A stretch of DNA of 40,000 bases. Origin: Halobellus captivus. Lineage in GTDB: Archaea; Halobacteriota; Halobacteria; Halobacteriales; Haloferacaceae. The position numbers and the translations under genes are program-made. Of the stretch, positions 8,798-18,323 are shown piece after piece; positions within the stretch are counted from its first letter, which is position 1, and each line of letters starts with the position of its first letter. Under the pieces are notes generated by a model that was not told the DNA's origin, did not search any database, and saw only the letters and a list, made by a program, of their open reading frames with translations. Location: assembly GCF_007655485.1 (NCBI RefSeq), contig NZ_VJXQ01000001.1, positions 728,521 to 768,520 of the forward strand, read 5' to 3'.

Positions 8798-10228
8798 ATG
8801 AGTTCCGAACAAGACCACCTCAAAGAGACGGACACCGAAGCCCGCTTCGACTTCAAGAAGGAAGAGACTTCGGCGTTCCAAACCGAGAAGGGCCTGACGG
8901 AGGAGACCGTCCGGGTCATCTCCGAGGACAAAGACGAACCCGAGTGGATGCTGAAGCGTCGGCTCCGCGCGCTCGAACAGTTCCAGGAGATGCCGATGCC
9001 GACCGACTGGCCCGGACAGCCGGACCTTTCGGAAGTCGACATCGCCGAGATCGTCCCGTACATCCGCCCCGACGTCGACGTCCGCGCGGGCGTCGACGAC
9101 TGGACGGAACTGCCCGACGAGATCAAAGACACCTTCGACAAACTGGGCATCCCGGAGGCCGAGAAGAACGCACTCTCCGGCGTCGGCGCGCAGTACGAGT
9201 CGGAGGTCGTCTACCAGAATATGCAGGAGCGCTGGGAGGAGAAGGGCGTCATCTTCTGCAACATGGACGAGGCCGTCCAAGAGCACGAAGAGATCGTCAG
9301 AGAGCACTTCATGACGAAGTGCGTGCCCCCGAGCGACAACAAATTCGCCGCGCTTCACGGCGCGGTATGGTCCGGCGGCTCGTTCGTGTACGTCCCCGAG
9401 GACGTCACCGTCGAGATGCCGGTCCAGGCGTACTTCCGGATGAATTCGGAGGGAATGGGCCAGTTCGAGCACACGCTCATCGTGGCCGAGAAGGGCTCGG
9501 AAGTCCACTACATCGAGGGCTGTTCGGCCCCGAAGTACTCCGCGTTCAACCTCCACTCCGGCGGCGTCGAGGTGTTCGTGGGCGAGGACGCACACGTCCA
9601 GTACTCGACCGTTCAGAACTGGTCGAAGAACACCTACAACCTCAACACGAAACGCGCGCTCGTCGAAGCCGGGGGACGAATGGAGTGGATCTCCGGATCG
9701 ATGGGCTCGAAGGCGACGATGCTGTACCCCTCGAGCGTCCTGAAGGGCCGCGGCGCCTCCGACAACCACATCACCATCGCCTTCGCGGGCGAGGGCCAGA
9801 ACATCGACACCGGCGCGAAGGTCTACCACAACGCGCCGAACACCAAGTCGACGATCGAGTCGAAGTCGATCTCGAAGGACGGCGGCCGCACGAACTACCG
9901 CGGCCTCGTTCACATCGCCGACGGCGCGGAGAACTCTTCCACTGCGGTCGAGTGCGACGCGCTGATGTTCGACAACGAGTCGACCTCCGATACGATGCCG
10001 TATATGGAGATCAACGAGTCGAAGGTCGACGTCGCCCACGAGGCCACAGTCGGAAAGATCGGCGACGAGGACATCTTCTACCTCCAGTCGCGCGGTCTCG
10101 ACGACGACGACGCGAAGCAGATGATCGTCTCGGGCTTCATCGAGCCGATCACCGAGGAACTGCCGATCGAGTACGCGGTCGAACTGAACCGCCTCGTCGA
10201 ACTCGAAATGGAGGGCAGCCTCGGATAG
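8798..10228 (+). CDS. sufB: Fe-S cluster assembly protein SufB
   Basis: 476 aa with conserved SufB-type C-terminal half (NTYNLNTKRALVEAGGRMEWISGSMGSKATMLYPSSVLKG...FYLQSRGL). Position is between sufC and sufD. Confidence 0.95.
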   Translation: MSSEQDHLKETDTEARFDFKKEETSAFQTEKGLTEETVRVISEDKDEPEWMLKRRLRALEQFQEMPMPTDWPGQPDLSEVDIAEIVPYIRPDVDVRAGVDDWTELPDEIKDTFDKLGIPEAEKNALSGVGAQYESEVVYQNMQERWEEKGVIFCNMDEAVQEHEEIVREHFMTKCVPPSDNKFAALHGAVWSGGSFVYVPEDVTVEMPVQAYFRMNSEGMGQFEHTLIVAEKGSEVHYIEGCSAPKYSAFNLHSGGVEVFVGEDAHVQYSTVQNWSKNTYNLNTKRALVEAGGRMEWISGSMGSKATMLYPSSVLKGRGASDNHITIAFAGEGQNIDTGAKVYHNAPNTKSTIESKSISKDGGRTNYRGLVHIADGAENSSTAVECDALMFDNESTSDTMPYMEINESKVDVAHEATVGKIGDEDIFYLQSRGLDDDDAKQMIVSGFIEPITEELPIEYAVELNRLVELEMEGSLG

Positions 10229-10229
10229 T

Positions 10230-11441
10230 ATGAGCAGCGCACAACTTCCCGCGAACCTGTCAGAGCAGACGGTTCGAGAGATCTCGGAGCGGCGGGACGA
10301 ACCCGAGTGGCTGCTGGAGGCGCGGCTCGACGCGCTCGACGCGCTCGACGCCATCGACCTGCCGGACGTCATCCAGACGCCCGGCCGCCGCTGGACCAAC
10401 CTCGAAGCGCTCGACTTCGAGTCACTCGTCGACCCGCTCAATCAGGCCGACGAGACCGAGCGCACGGCGGACGAAGGCGTCGACGTGCTCACGTTCACTG
10501 ACGCGCTCGAGGCGCATCCGGATCTCGTCGAGTCCGCGTTCGGCTCGACGATCGATCCGCAGGAGAACTACCTCACGGCGCTGTCGGCCGCACTCTTCAC
10601 GACCGGAACCGTCGTCTACGTCCCCGAGGGCGTCGACGCCGAGGACGTGACGATCCGCGCGGAGATGAACTCCCGCTCGCTGTTCAGTCACACGCTCGTG
10701 ATCACCGAGGAATCCTCGTCGGTGACGATTCTGGAGAGCATCGAGTCCGGTGCCGAGAGCGACGACGCGCGGTACTTTTCGAACCTCGTCGAAATCGACG
10801 CGGGCGAGAACTCCTACGTGCAGTACGGATCCCTGCAAAACCTCGCAGAAGATACCTACAGCTACTCGCTCAAGCGCGCGGACGTCGGAACCTACGCCAC
10901 GGTCAACTGGATCGAGGGCAACCTCGGTTCGCGGCTCACCCGCTCGGACGTCGAATCCGAACTCAACGGCGACTCCGCGGAGACGAAGATCGTCGGCGCG
11001 TTCTTCGGCCACGACGAACAGCACTTCGACGTCAACGCCCGCGTCTGGCACAACGCCGAGAACACGACGGCCGACCTCGTCACCCGCGGCGTCCTCGACG
11101 ACGCCGCCCGATCGGTGTACGAGGGCGTCCAGGACGTCGGCCGCGACGCGTGGAACACCTCCTCGTACCAGCGCGAGAACACGCTGATGCTCTCCGACGA
11201 GAGCGAGGCCGACGCGTCGCCGAAGCTGATCATCCACAACCACGACACCGAGGCGTCGCACTCGGCGACGGTCGGACAGGTCGATCAGGAGGACCTGTTC
11301 TATATGGTGTCGCGCGCGATCCACCCCGAGAAGGCGCGCAATATGCTCGTCGAGGGCTTCTTCGTTCCCGTGCTCGACGAGATCGACGTCGACGAGTTCC
11401 GCGAGGACCTCGAAGAACTGATCGCCGCGCGGCTTCGGTAA
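10230..11441 (+). CDS. sufD: Fe-S cluster assembly protein SufD
   Basis: 403 aa SufB/SufD-family paralog (FYMVSRAIHPEKARNMLVEGF). It starts 2 nt after the sufB stop. Confidence 0.9.
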   Translation: MSSAQLPANLSEQTVREISERRDEPEWLLEARLDALDALDAIDLPDVIQTPGRRWTNLEALDFESLVDPLNQADETERTADEGVDVLTFTDALEAHPDLVESAFGSTIDPQENYLTALSAALFTTGTVVYVPEGVDAEDVTIRAEMNSRSLFSHTLVITEESSSVTILESIESGAESDDARYFSNLVEIDAGENSYVQYGSLQNLAEDTYSYSLKRADVGTYATVNWIEGNLGSRLTRSDVESELNGDSAETKIVGAFFGHDEQHFDVNARVWHNAENTTADLVTRGVLDDAARSVYEGVQDVGRDAWNTSSYQRENTLMLSDESEADASPKLIIHNHDTEASHSATVGQVDQEDLFYMVSRAIHPEKARNMLVEGFFVPVLDEIDVDEFREDLEELIAARLR

Positions 11442-11492
11442 CGGCGCCCGGTTCGCCCCTCACCGGCGTCTCGGTCGGACCCTTACCGACCT

Positions 11493-11528
11493 CTCGGTTC
11501 GTTATCCCCTCTCGATTCGTTATCTCCC
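11493..11528. repeat. 18-bp tandem duplication spanning the stop codon of the 1023-aa gene
   Basis: ctcggttcgttatcccct (11493-11510) and ctcgattcgttatctccc (11511-11528), 15/18 identical. The TAA stop (11520-22) lies in unit 2 and a homologous tta lies in unit 1. Confidence 0.8.
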
Positions 11529-14500
11529 ATTTTCCCGCGGACACTGTCCGGTCGGCGTGACGCAGCGCGGTCCCGGAGACGGATCGCTCCACGCGAGCGA
11601 CCGCTCGTCCGAATTTCCGTCGGTGTCGCCGACGCCGAGTTTGCCGGGCGGGACGACCGCGAGCGCGACGGTCCGGACGCTGAAATCGACGCGCTCGCTT
11701 CGCCCCAGCGACTCCTCGGCCCCGTCGGCATCGACGTCGAGCGCGACCGCAGAGCCGTCGCGGACGTACGTCGTCTCCGATCCGGAGACGCCCACGGTGA
11801 ACCGGCCGTACGCGCCGCGCGATTCGACGATCCAGAGGTTCGCCGTGGCGACCCACGGGCTGAGCGTCGGCGAGATAGGGAGCCCCGCGGGAATGCCGCC
11901 GACGGTGTCGTTCGTCGCTCGCGTGATCGCCGTTTCCGTCGCGCGCTCTGCGGCGTCGTTCGCCTCTCGTTCGATCTCCGCGCGCACCGAGGAGACGGCG
12001 TCATCGACCGCGGATTCCGGAACGCGAACCCGCTCGGAGCTCGCGACGTGTCGGAGATCCACGCGCAACGCCGTCCGAATGCGATCCTCGGCGACGGCGG
12101 ACGGATCCCCGCGGCCGCCCGCTCCCGCGTCGATCGCGACCGACGCGACCTCGCGCGCCAGCGAGCCGTCGGTGGCCGCCACCGCGCGCTCGCCGGGGCC
12201 GTCGAAGCGGGCAAACGAGCGACGGACGACCCAGTCCCGTTCCTCGCGCGTGAGCGCCGTCTCCCGCATGAGGGTCCGCCTCGCCGTTCGGCGGACGTCT
12301 CGCATCGATCCGTCGACCTTCCGCTCGAGGACGTCCCGTTGGTCTCGGAGCGTCGGGTCCGGATGCGACTCGAGCGTCCGGTCAGCCGAGACGAGCGCCT
12401 GTCCGGCCGTGTGCAGCGACACGCGGCCGGGATCGCCGAACAGCACCCGCGTGACGATGTCCGCGGTGTCGCCGTAGGGGACGCTGAACACGTTGACGTT
12501 TCTGACCGCGAGACCAACGTACTGCTCGTCGTCCGCGACGCCGTCGACGAGCGCGCCCTCGACGGGGTCGGGCGCGAGGTAGGCGGGGTCGCCGTCGGGG
12601 ACGAACGTCGTCTCGCCGCGAGCGCCTGCTTCCGTCCCGTGATCTACCCGAGGCGCGGGTGGTTCGGGCGTGAGCGACGCGAGCTCGTTCACCCGCGAGG
12701 CGGCGAGCCCCCTCGCGCTCAGCGCGCGCTCGATCCCGGCGTTCTGCGACTGGGTCGCACCGGCGCGCTCGTCGAGCCGCGCGACCACCCGATCGAGGTA
12801 TGCCTCGCGGGCGGCGATCCGCGCGCGGTCGGCGACGCCGTCGTACGCTCGCGGAGCGTCGACCAGGTCCACGCGGCGGTCGCGAATGACCGATGCGAGT
12901 TCTGCAGCCCCGTTCTCGCGGCCGGTCGCGGCGTCGCTGGCCTCGACTTCCACCGAGAGACCGCGAACGCGCTCGCGGAGGTCGGCGACGTCGGCGTAGA
13001 TCCAGGAATCGAGATCGGCGGGGCGCTCGCCGGTGACCGTCCGCGACGCGCTCGTCCGGCCGCCGGTGACCGCTTTGCGAGCGATGGCGTCGGGACCGCC
13101 GAGGTCCGAAACGAGCGCGCCGCTCGCGGTGCGGCCTTCACGCAGATTCGGGCCTGAGAGTGCACCGCCCGATCGGAACAGCGGCCGGACGGATCGGGTC
13201 GGTGCCGCGCTCCCGCGCAACCGGGCCGTCGCCGTCACGCGGACGCGGTAGACGTCCTCCCACGACGCCGCAGTCGTCCGCGGCGTCTCGTTGAGCTTCA
13301 CCCACGTCCGCTCGACCCGCCACCGCTCGGTGACGCGCCGGGTGGCCGCGTAGAGCCTGCGCTCACCGGTCCCGATCCGTGAGATCGACCGAGCGCTGCC
13401 GCCGCCGCGCACGGAGACGTCCTTCGAGGTATCGGAGAACACGAGCGTCCAGTTCTCTCCGGGCGCGCGGGGCGAGGGTCGACGTTCGTTTCTGACCGTC
13501 TGCGCGGTGGTGCTCACGGAGACCGTGGCCTCGTAGCCGCCTCGACTGATCGAATCGAGGCGCTTCGCGCCGTTCGAGCCCCGAAGCAGTTCCAAGAACG
13601 CCTCGTCGGCGGTCTCGTTCACGCCCACGGAAACCGTCCGAGTCGCGGGGAGCGCGTCGGAACCGCGTTCGGCGTCTGCCCGCTCTGCGGCGTTGGGGTC
13701 CGGTAGCTGTCCCGTGACGGCGGACGCGACCCGAGAGTTCGACTGGAGATCGAGGACGTCGGCCGCGCCGGTCCGGACCGTGGCCGCTCGAACGCCCGCG
13801 GCCGCGTCGGGATCGCTCCGACCGAAGGCCGCGCGCTGCGCGTCGAGCAGTCCGGCGTTCGTCGAGAGCGCGACGTGGCGGTTCGCGACGACGTTCGAGA
13901 TCGGCAGGCCGCCGTACTGCCCGAGCCCGCGGGCTTGCGCCATTGCGGTGACGCCGACAGTCGTGCGCCGAGCGAGTCCCGGCCCTTCGAGCGGTCCGGC
14001 GTCAAGGCGGGCTTGAAAGCTCTCAGTTCTGTCGTGGAGTGCCAGTACCGGTACGCCCACGGTGACAGTCCGATCCACCCGTCGGGTGTCGACGACGCGG
14101 CCGTCCCGCTCGACCGTCAACTCGACGTCGCGGATCGTCGCGCGGAGTTCAGTTCCGTCGTCGACGCCCTCGATCGAGACGCGGTCGATCGCGTTCGGGA
14201 CCGGCTCGGCTGAGTCACCGAACGATGCGCGGGCGAGGCTGCCGCCGCGGCGGTGTTCGACCGGATCGATCGCCTCGCGCGCGGCGAGGAAGATCCGGAG
14301 TCGAAGGTATCGGCGGAACGTGTCGGGACCGTCGAGCGCGGCACCGGCCTCGGTGTCGGCGGCGACCGTCACCGGCTCTCGCGCCGCGGCGCGGGCGGCG
14401 TCTCGAACGGCCATCCTGAGCGCGGCCGTCACCTCTGCGTCGACGCGATCGGCGGCGATATCGGCCGATCGATCGACCGGCGCGGCCCCCGGCGTAGCGA

Positions 14501-14591
14501 GCGATGCGGCGAACGCAGAGCTCCCGACGAGCAGCAGCACGCCGACGAGTGCGAAGGGGACGCGGCCACGGTTGTCGTCCGCGAGTCGCAT
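11520..14591 (-). CDS. very large (~1023 aa) helix-anchored protein, last gene of the pilus-like locus
   Basis: The ORF is open to 14618. The start at 14591 (MRLADDNRGRVPFALVGVLLLVGSSAFAASLA) gives a TGATG overlap with the upstream stop. It has a single N-terminal hydrophobic helix followed by ~990 aa rich in Ala/Arg/Asp/Thr/Val, and two Cys near the C-terminus (PRCVTPTGQCP). I recognise no catalytic motif. Confidence 0.8.
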   Translation of the reverse strand: MRLADDNRGRVPFALVGVLLLVGSSAFAASLATPGAAPVDRSADIAADRVDAEVTAALRMAVRDAARAAAREPVTVAADTEAGAALDGPDTFRRYLRLRIFLAAREAIDPVEHRRGGSLARASFGDSAEPVPNAIDRVSIEGVDDGTELRATIRDVELTVERDGRVVDTRRVDRTVTVGVPVLALHDRTESFQARLDAGPLEGPGLARRTTVGVTAMAQARGLGQYGGLPISNVVANRHVALSTNAGLLDAQRAAFGRSDPDAAAGVRAATVRTGAADVLDLQSNSRVASAVTGQLPDPNAAERADAERGSDALPATRTVSVGVNETADEAFLELLRGSNGAKRLDSISRGGYEATVSVSTTAQTVRNERRPSPRAPGENWTLVFSDTSKDVSVRGGGSARSISRIGTGERRLYAATRRVTERWRVERTWVKLNETPRTTAASWEDVYRVRVTATARLRGSAAPTRSVRPLFRSGGALSGPNLREGRTASGALVSDLGGPDAIARKAVTGGRTSASRTVTGERPADLDSWIYADVADLRERVRGLSVEVEASDAATGRENGAAELASVIRDRRVDLVDAPRAYDGVADRARIAAREAYLDRVVARLDERAGATQSQNAGIERALSARGLAASRVNELASLTPEPPAPRVDHGTEAGARGETTFVPDGDPAYLAPDPVEGALVDGVADDEQYVGLAVRNVNVFSVPYGDTADIVTRVLFGDPGRVSLHTAGQALVSADRTLESHPDPTLRDQRDVLERKVDGSMRDVRRTARRTLMRETALTREERDWVVRRSFARFDGPGERAVAATDGSLAREVASVAIDAGAGGRGDPSAVAEDRIRTALRVDLRHVASSERVRVPESAVDDAVSSVRAEIEREANDAAERATETAITRATNDTVGGIPAGLPISPTLSPWVATANLWIVESRGAYGRFTVGVSGSETTYVRDGSAVALDVDADGAEESLGRSERVDFSVRTVALAVVPPGKLGVGDTDGNSDERSLAWSDPSPGPRCVTPTGQCPRENGR

Positions 14592-15535
14592 CAGCGCACC
14601 TCCGAGGCGGGCGACCACGTCCGGACGACGATCCGGACCGACGAGACCGTGACCGCCTCGGCGGCAGCCGTCGGCGTGTCGTAGCGGGCGCGGAGCTCAT
14701 CGGCGATCCGCGGGGCGAGCGCGGCCGTGACGCGCGCGTTCGCCGCCGCGGTGTCCTCCGTCGCGAGCGGTTCCGCGAGCGATACGTTCTCCTCGGAAGT
14801 CGCTTCGTTCGTCACCGCTTCGAGCCGCGCGTACCGATGTCGAACCAACGCGGCAGACGGATCGTTCCCGCGGAGCGTCGTTTTCGCGGGACCCGCCGGG
14901 ACGAGCACCGCGACAGTTCGATCGGCCACGACCGCACCGAGCGACTCGAAATCGGTCGTCGCCGATGCGGGAACCGGCTCGATTCCGGTCGGTACGACGA
15001 GCGTCGCGGCGTGAACGCCGTTCCGCGGCGGCGTCGGACCGACGCCGACCGCCCCGCCGACGGGCGAACCGGGGTAGGGACGCCACGTCGCGTCCACGCG
15101 GACGGTCGCGCCGGTCCGCGTCCGAACCGCGTCGGCAACGCCTCGTCGGAAGGACGCTCGCGTCCGGGTGAGCGGTTGAACCTCCGACGCGCGCGGGGTC
15201 GACGCGTTCGGATCCGCGCTCGCTTCGAGGTCGACGCCGCTGGTCGCCGTCGTGGCGCGCGCGAGCAACTCCGCGAGACTCCCGTGCGCGGTGCGGTCGA
15301 GTTCGGGCGAGTCGAGCGGAATCTCGGATCCGCCGGATGCCGCATCGCGCGCGTCCAACTCCCGGATGCCGGGCGCGAGCGAGTAGTCGACCTGCGCCGT
15401 CGTCGTCGCGAGCGCGTCCGCGACCGCGTCGGCCGCTCCCGGCGTTGCTGGCGGCGACTGCTCGATCGTGACGAGGCCGACGACGGCCGCCGAGACGAGA
15501 AGTAAGGAGACGACGGCGTCGATAGCGACGTTCAT
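14591..15535 (-). CDS. helix-anchored 314-aa protein of the pilus-like locus
   Basis: The start at 15535 (MNVAIDAVVSLLLVSAAVVGLVTIEQ) forms an ATGA overlap with the upstream stop. The Arg-rich 57-codon extension shown in the ORF track (to 15706) is rejected. It has an N-terminal hydrophobic helix and then a soluble domain. Confidence 0.75.
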   Translation of the reverse strand: MNVAIDAVVSLLLVSAAVVGLVTIEQSPPATPGAADAVADALATTTAQVDYSLAPGIRELDARDAASGGSEIPLDSPELDRTAHGSLAELLARATTATSGVDLEASADPNASTPRASEVQPLTRTRASFRRGVADAVRTRTGATVRVDATWRPYPGSPVGGAVGVGPTPPRNGVHAATLVVPTGIEPVPASATTDFESLGAVVADRTVAVLVPAGPAKTTLRGNDPSAALVRHRYARLEAVTNEATSEENVSLAEPLATEDTAAANARVTAALAPRIADELRARYDTPTAAAEAVTVSSVRIVVRTWSPASEVR

Positions 15536-16002
15536 CGCCACACCCAGACGCGGAGCGTTCCCCAGACGACGTCGCCGTCGGCCATCGAGACGCTCACCGG
15601 ACGCTCGGCGGCGTCGACGGCGGTGGAACCGGTGGCAGCGCTCGAACCCGTTCCATCGGCGTCGACAGTCGCCGCAGGCTCCGGCGGGTGGCGCCCGTTC
15701 GTCCACGTTCCCCTCGACGTCGTCACCGCGACGGCGACGCGGTAGCCGTCGGGTGTGGCGGGGCCGTCGTCCGGGAGACCGACCGGCGAGACGACGCCGC
15801 CGTCGCTCACCTCGTCGTAGACCCGTTCCAGCGTCGGTTCGGCGAGCGCATTCGCGGTCTCACCGGGCGTGACCACACCCAAGGTCGTCGCGTACAGCGA
15901 GAGCCCGGTACAGACCGCGAACAGCGCGATCAGGGCGACGAGCGGTGTCGTCTGCGCCCGCGACGCTCCGAGCGCGGATTCACGCGTCGACGAGAACGAC
16001 AT
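15532..16002 (-). CDS. pilin-like protein with a candidate class-III (PibD-type) signal peptide
   Basis: 156 aa. The N-terminus MSFSSTRESALGASRA/QTTPLVALIALFAVCTGLSLYA matches the archaeal type-IV pilin pattern: a charged leader, R-A then Q, and ~20 hydrophobic residues. Confidence 0.75.
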   Translation of the reverse strand: MSFSSTRESALGASRAQTTPLVALIALFAVCTGLSLYATTLGVVTPGETANALAEPTLERVYDEVSDGGVVSPVGLPDDGPATPDGYRVAVAVTTSRGTWTNGRHPPEPAATVDADGTGSSAATGSTAVDAAERPVSVSMADGDVVWGTLRVWVWR

Positions 16003-16459
16003 TCACTCCCTCCCACGAGATCCGTCGGACGATGAGCGTGCGTTCCACGGGACGCCAGGGGGCGTCACTGGCCGCCGCTCGCGCGTCGACGACCGCCTGC
16101 CTGAACGCGTCCGGCGAGTCGAAGGCCCGTTCCGGCGGCGTGCCGTACAACACGTCCCGAAGCGGCGAGTCGTCGACGGGAACGGGCGTGACCGGCCCGA
16201 ACGCCAGCGTCGCGTGCGCCGTTCCCGACCCGGATCTGAGCCCGATCCGACGCGTCCCGAGCCTGATCTCGTCGGCGTCGAGCGGGTGCTCGCCGGTGGC
16301 GGCGTACTCCGCGGCGGCGACGCGGTCCACCGTCGCGGCGGCGGCCCCTGCGTCCGGCGGCGGTGCCGTCGGAAGTCCGGTCGCCGCGCCCACGAGCGCC
16401 ACGCCCGCCAGCGAGAGACCGATCCAGCCGTACCACGCGTCCAGCGTCAGGTCGAACAT
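15980..16459 (-). CDS. helix-anchored 159-aa protein of the pilus-like locus
   Basis: N-terminus MFDLTLDAWYGWIGLSLAGVALVGAATGL followed by a soluble domain. It is preceded by a TATA element at leaderless spacing, and its 3' end overlaps the next gene by 23 nt. Confidence 0.75.
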   Translation of the reverse strand: MFDLTLDAWYGWIGLSLAGVALVGAATGLPTAPPPDAGAAAATVDRVAAAEYAATGEHPLDADEIRLGTRRIGLRSGSGTAHATLAFGPVTPVPVDDSPLRDVLYGTPPERAFDSPDAFRQAVVDARAAASDAPWRPVERTLIVRRISWEGVNVVLVDA

Positions 16460-16480
16460 AGCCCCGTTGGCCGCGTTTCA

Positions 16481-16490
16481 GTATATAAAC
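16481..16490 (-). promoter_or_regulatory. TATA element (minus strand GTTTATATAC) 31 nt upstream of the start codon at 16459
   Basis: Read directly. The spacing and sequence match the element at 20600-20609. The centre lies about -26/-27 relative to the ATG, the geometry expected for a leaderless haloarchaeal mRNA. Confidence 0.7.
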
Positions 16491-16532
16491 CATCGCCTCC
16501 GAGTGGCGAGTGGATCGCCGGTCGCGGCCGGA

Positions 16533-18323
16533 TCAAAACAGCATCGACGCGCCCAGGAACGCGACGAGATACGTCACCGTTGCCGAGACGAGGGCGAGGC
16601 CGACCCGGTAGCCGACGAGCGAGCGGTCGAGGCCGCGGTCGAGCCCCGTCGCCAGCGCGGTGAGAATCACCGCGAGCGCGAGCACGTACACGCCGACGGC
16701 CGCGCCGAGCGTCGCGGGCGGGAGCGTCGCGGCACCCGGCGCACCCGCTCCCCCAACCGCTGCGCTCGATCCGGCGACTGACGCACCCTGCATCGTCGCA
16801 CCCTGTGCCGTCGCTCCCGACCTCGTCATCTGCGTCGCCATCGCGACGGTCGCGCCGCCGACGAGCGGACCGAACAGCGCCGCGGTGTGTCCCAGCGTGC
16901 CCGTGATGGCGGCGAGTTCCCGTCGCGCCTCGTCCTCGACGCGCCGGAGTTCGGTGAGGTGATCCGCCAGTCGGACGAGCGTCGCGCCAGCCGGGCGGCC
17001 CTCTTCGGCGGCGACCGCGAGAAGCGAAGCCGTCGCCCGCGCCCGTCGACTCGGCAGATCGCGCAGCGCGCCGTACTCGCCCAGAAACGCCCGGTGAACG
17101 CCCACTTGCAGGCGACGCTGGACGCCAGCGGCCGCGTCGAACAGGTCGCTGGTCCGCCCAGTCGTCGCCGCCGCGGCCGACTCGATCGCCGTTTCAACGG
17201 CCTCTCCGGACCCGACGCGGCGCCCGATGACGGCCGTCGCGTCGGCGAGACCGGCTTCGACCTCGGTCACGTCGCGCCGGACCGCGGCCATCGGTCGGTA
17301 GTGAACGACGAGCGTCGCGCCGACGCCGACACCCACAGCGGCAACGGGCGCGGCCCACGAAGCGACGAGCGAACCGCCGCCGAATCCGAGACCGATCCCG
17401 ATGACGCCCGCCGGGACGCCGTGGGGCGATCCGGAGGGAACGTCCGGATGCGCGGTGGTCACGCGGGGAGGCGCGATCGCGATCGGACGCCGGAGAAGGA
17501 GCCACGCGCCCGCGCCGACGAGCCCGATCGGGAGAAGGAGATCGTACAGGACCACGAACACCGACGTGGGGATCGTCACCCCACCGGCGCGGGCGGCGGG
17601 CAGTACGCCGACGAGCGCGAGCGGGAGGAGGACGCCGAAGGCGTAAATCCCGCTGGCGGGACCGCGCGCCTCGCCCGCGAACTCCACCATCTCCGTCCGC
17701 GCGCCGTCGAGAACGGTTTCCAGCGCGCGGTCGAGTGCGCGATCCCGTTCGTCGGCCGGGGCTTCGACGGCGGCCGCGAGCAGCGCGATCGACCGTTCGA
17801 GCGCGGGAAACCACGAACGCCACTCCGAGGCGAAGGCGTCGAGCCCCGCGGACGGTCCCGAGCGGGTTCGTTCGGTATGGGCGGTCAGACTGCGGGCGAG
17901 CGGCCCCGTCCCGGTCCGGGCGGCGAACGCCGCGGCCCGCTCGGGCGTCGCTTCGAGGCGGAGGCTGAGCGCCGCGCGCGCGACGATCCCCGGCGCGTCA
18001 CCGAGTGCGCGGGTCCGCCGGAGCGTCGCGGCGGCGACGGGGAGCCGGTGGACGACGTGAGTGGCTCCGAGGCCGACGCCCGCGGCCGCCGTGACCGACG
18101 CCACAACGGGGAACGCGGGAAGGAGCACGACGAGCGCGCAGAGCGTCAAGAGAGCGACGGGAGCCGCGGCGACGTATCCGGCGCGAACGAGGGTGTCGGC
18201 GCGGAGTTCGCTGCCGAGAAACGCCAGCGAGCGGTGGAGTTCGTCGGTCGGTTCGACCTCCCCGGGGTACCACCCGGCGAGCGCGCGAGTGATCCGACGG
18301 ATCCGAGCGGCGCTCGCGGTCAT
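16533..18323 (-). CDS. polytopic membrane protein, PilC/FlaJ/TadC-like (T2SS-F family) platform protein
   Basis: 596 aa with many long hydrophobic segments. Its start overlaps the ATPase stop (ATGA at 18320-18323), the canonical ATPase-platform gene pair arrangement. Family assignment rests on context and topology, not on a search. Confidence 0.78.
   Translation of the reverse strand: MTASAARIRRITRALAGWYPGEVEPTDELHRSLAFLGSELRADTLVRAGYVAAAPVALLTLCALVVLLPAFPVVASVTAAAGVGLGATHVVHRLPVAAATLRRTRALGDAPGIVARAALSLRLEATPERAAAFAARTGTGPLARSLTAHTERTRSGPSAGLDAFASEWRSWFPALERSIALLAAAVEAPADERDRALDRALETVLDGARTEMVEFAGEARGPASGIYAFGVLLPLALVGVLPAARAGGVTIPTSVFVVLYDLLLPIGLVGAGAWLLLRRPIAIAPPRVTTAHPDVPSGSPHGVPAGVIGIGLGFGGGSLVASWAAPVAAVGVGVGATLVVHYRPMAAVRRDVTEVEAGLADATAVIGRRVGSGEAVETAIESAAAATTGRTSDLFDAAAGVQRRLQVGVHRAFLGEYGALRDLPSRRARATASLLAVAAEEGRPAGATLVRLADHLTELRRVEDEARRELAAITGTLGHTAALFGPLVGGATVAMATQMTRSGATAQGATMQGASVAGSSAAVGGAGAPGAATLPPATLGAAVGVYVLALAVILTALATGLDRGLDRSLVGYRVGLALVSATVTYLVAFLGASMLF

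Noticed and set aside
7835-10441. 868-aa minus-strand ORF spanning sufC and sufB
   Set aside because: It is antisense to two highly conserved Suf genes and has no recognisable motif. It is a shadow ORF.
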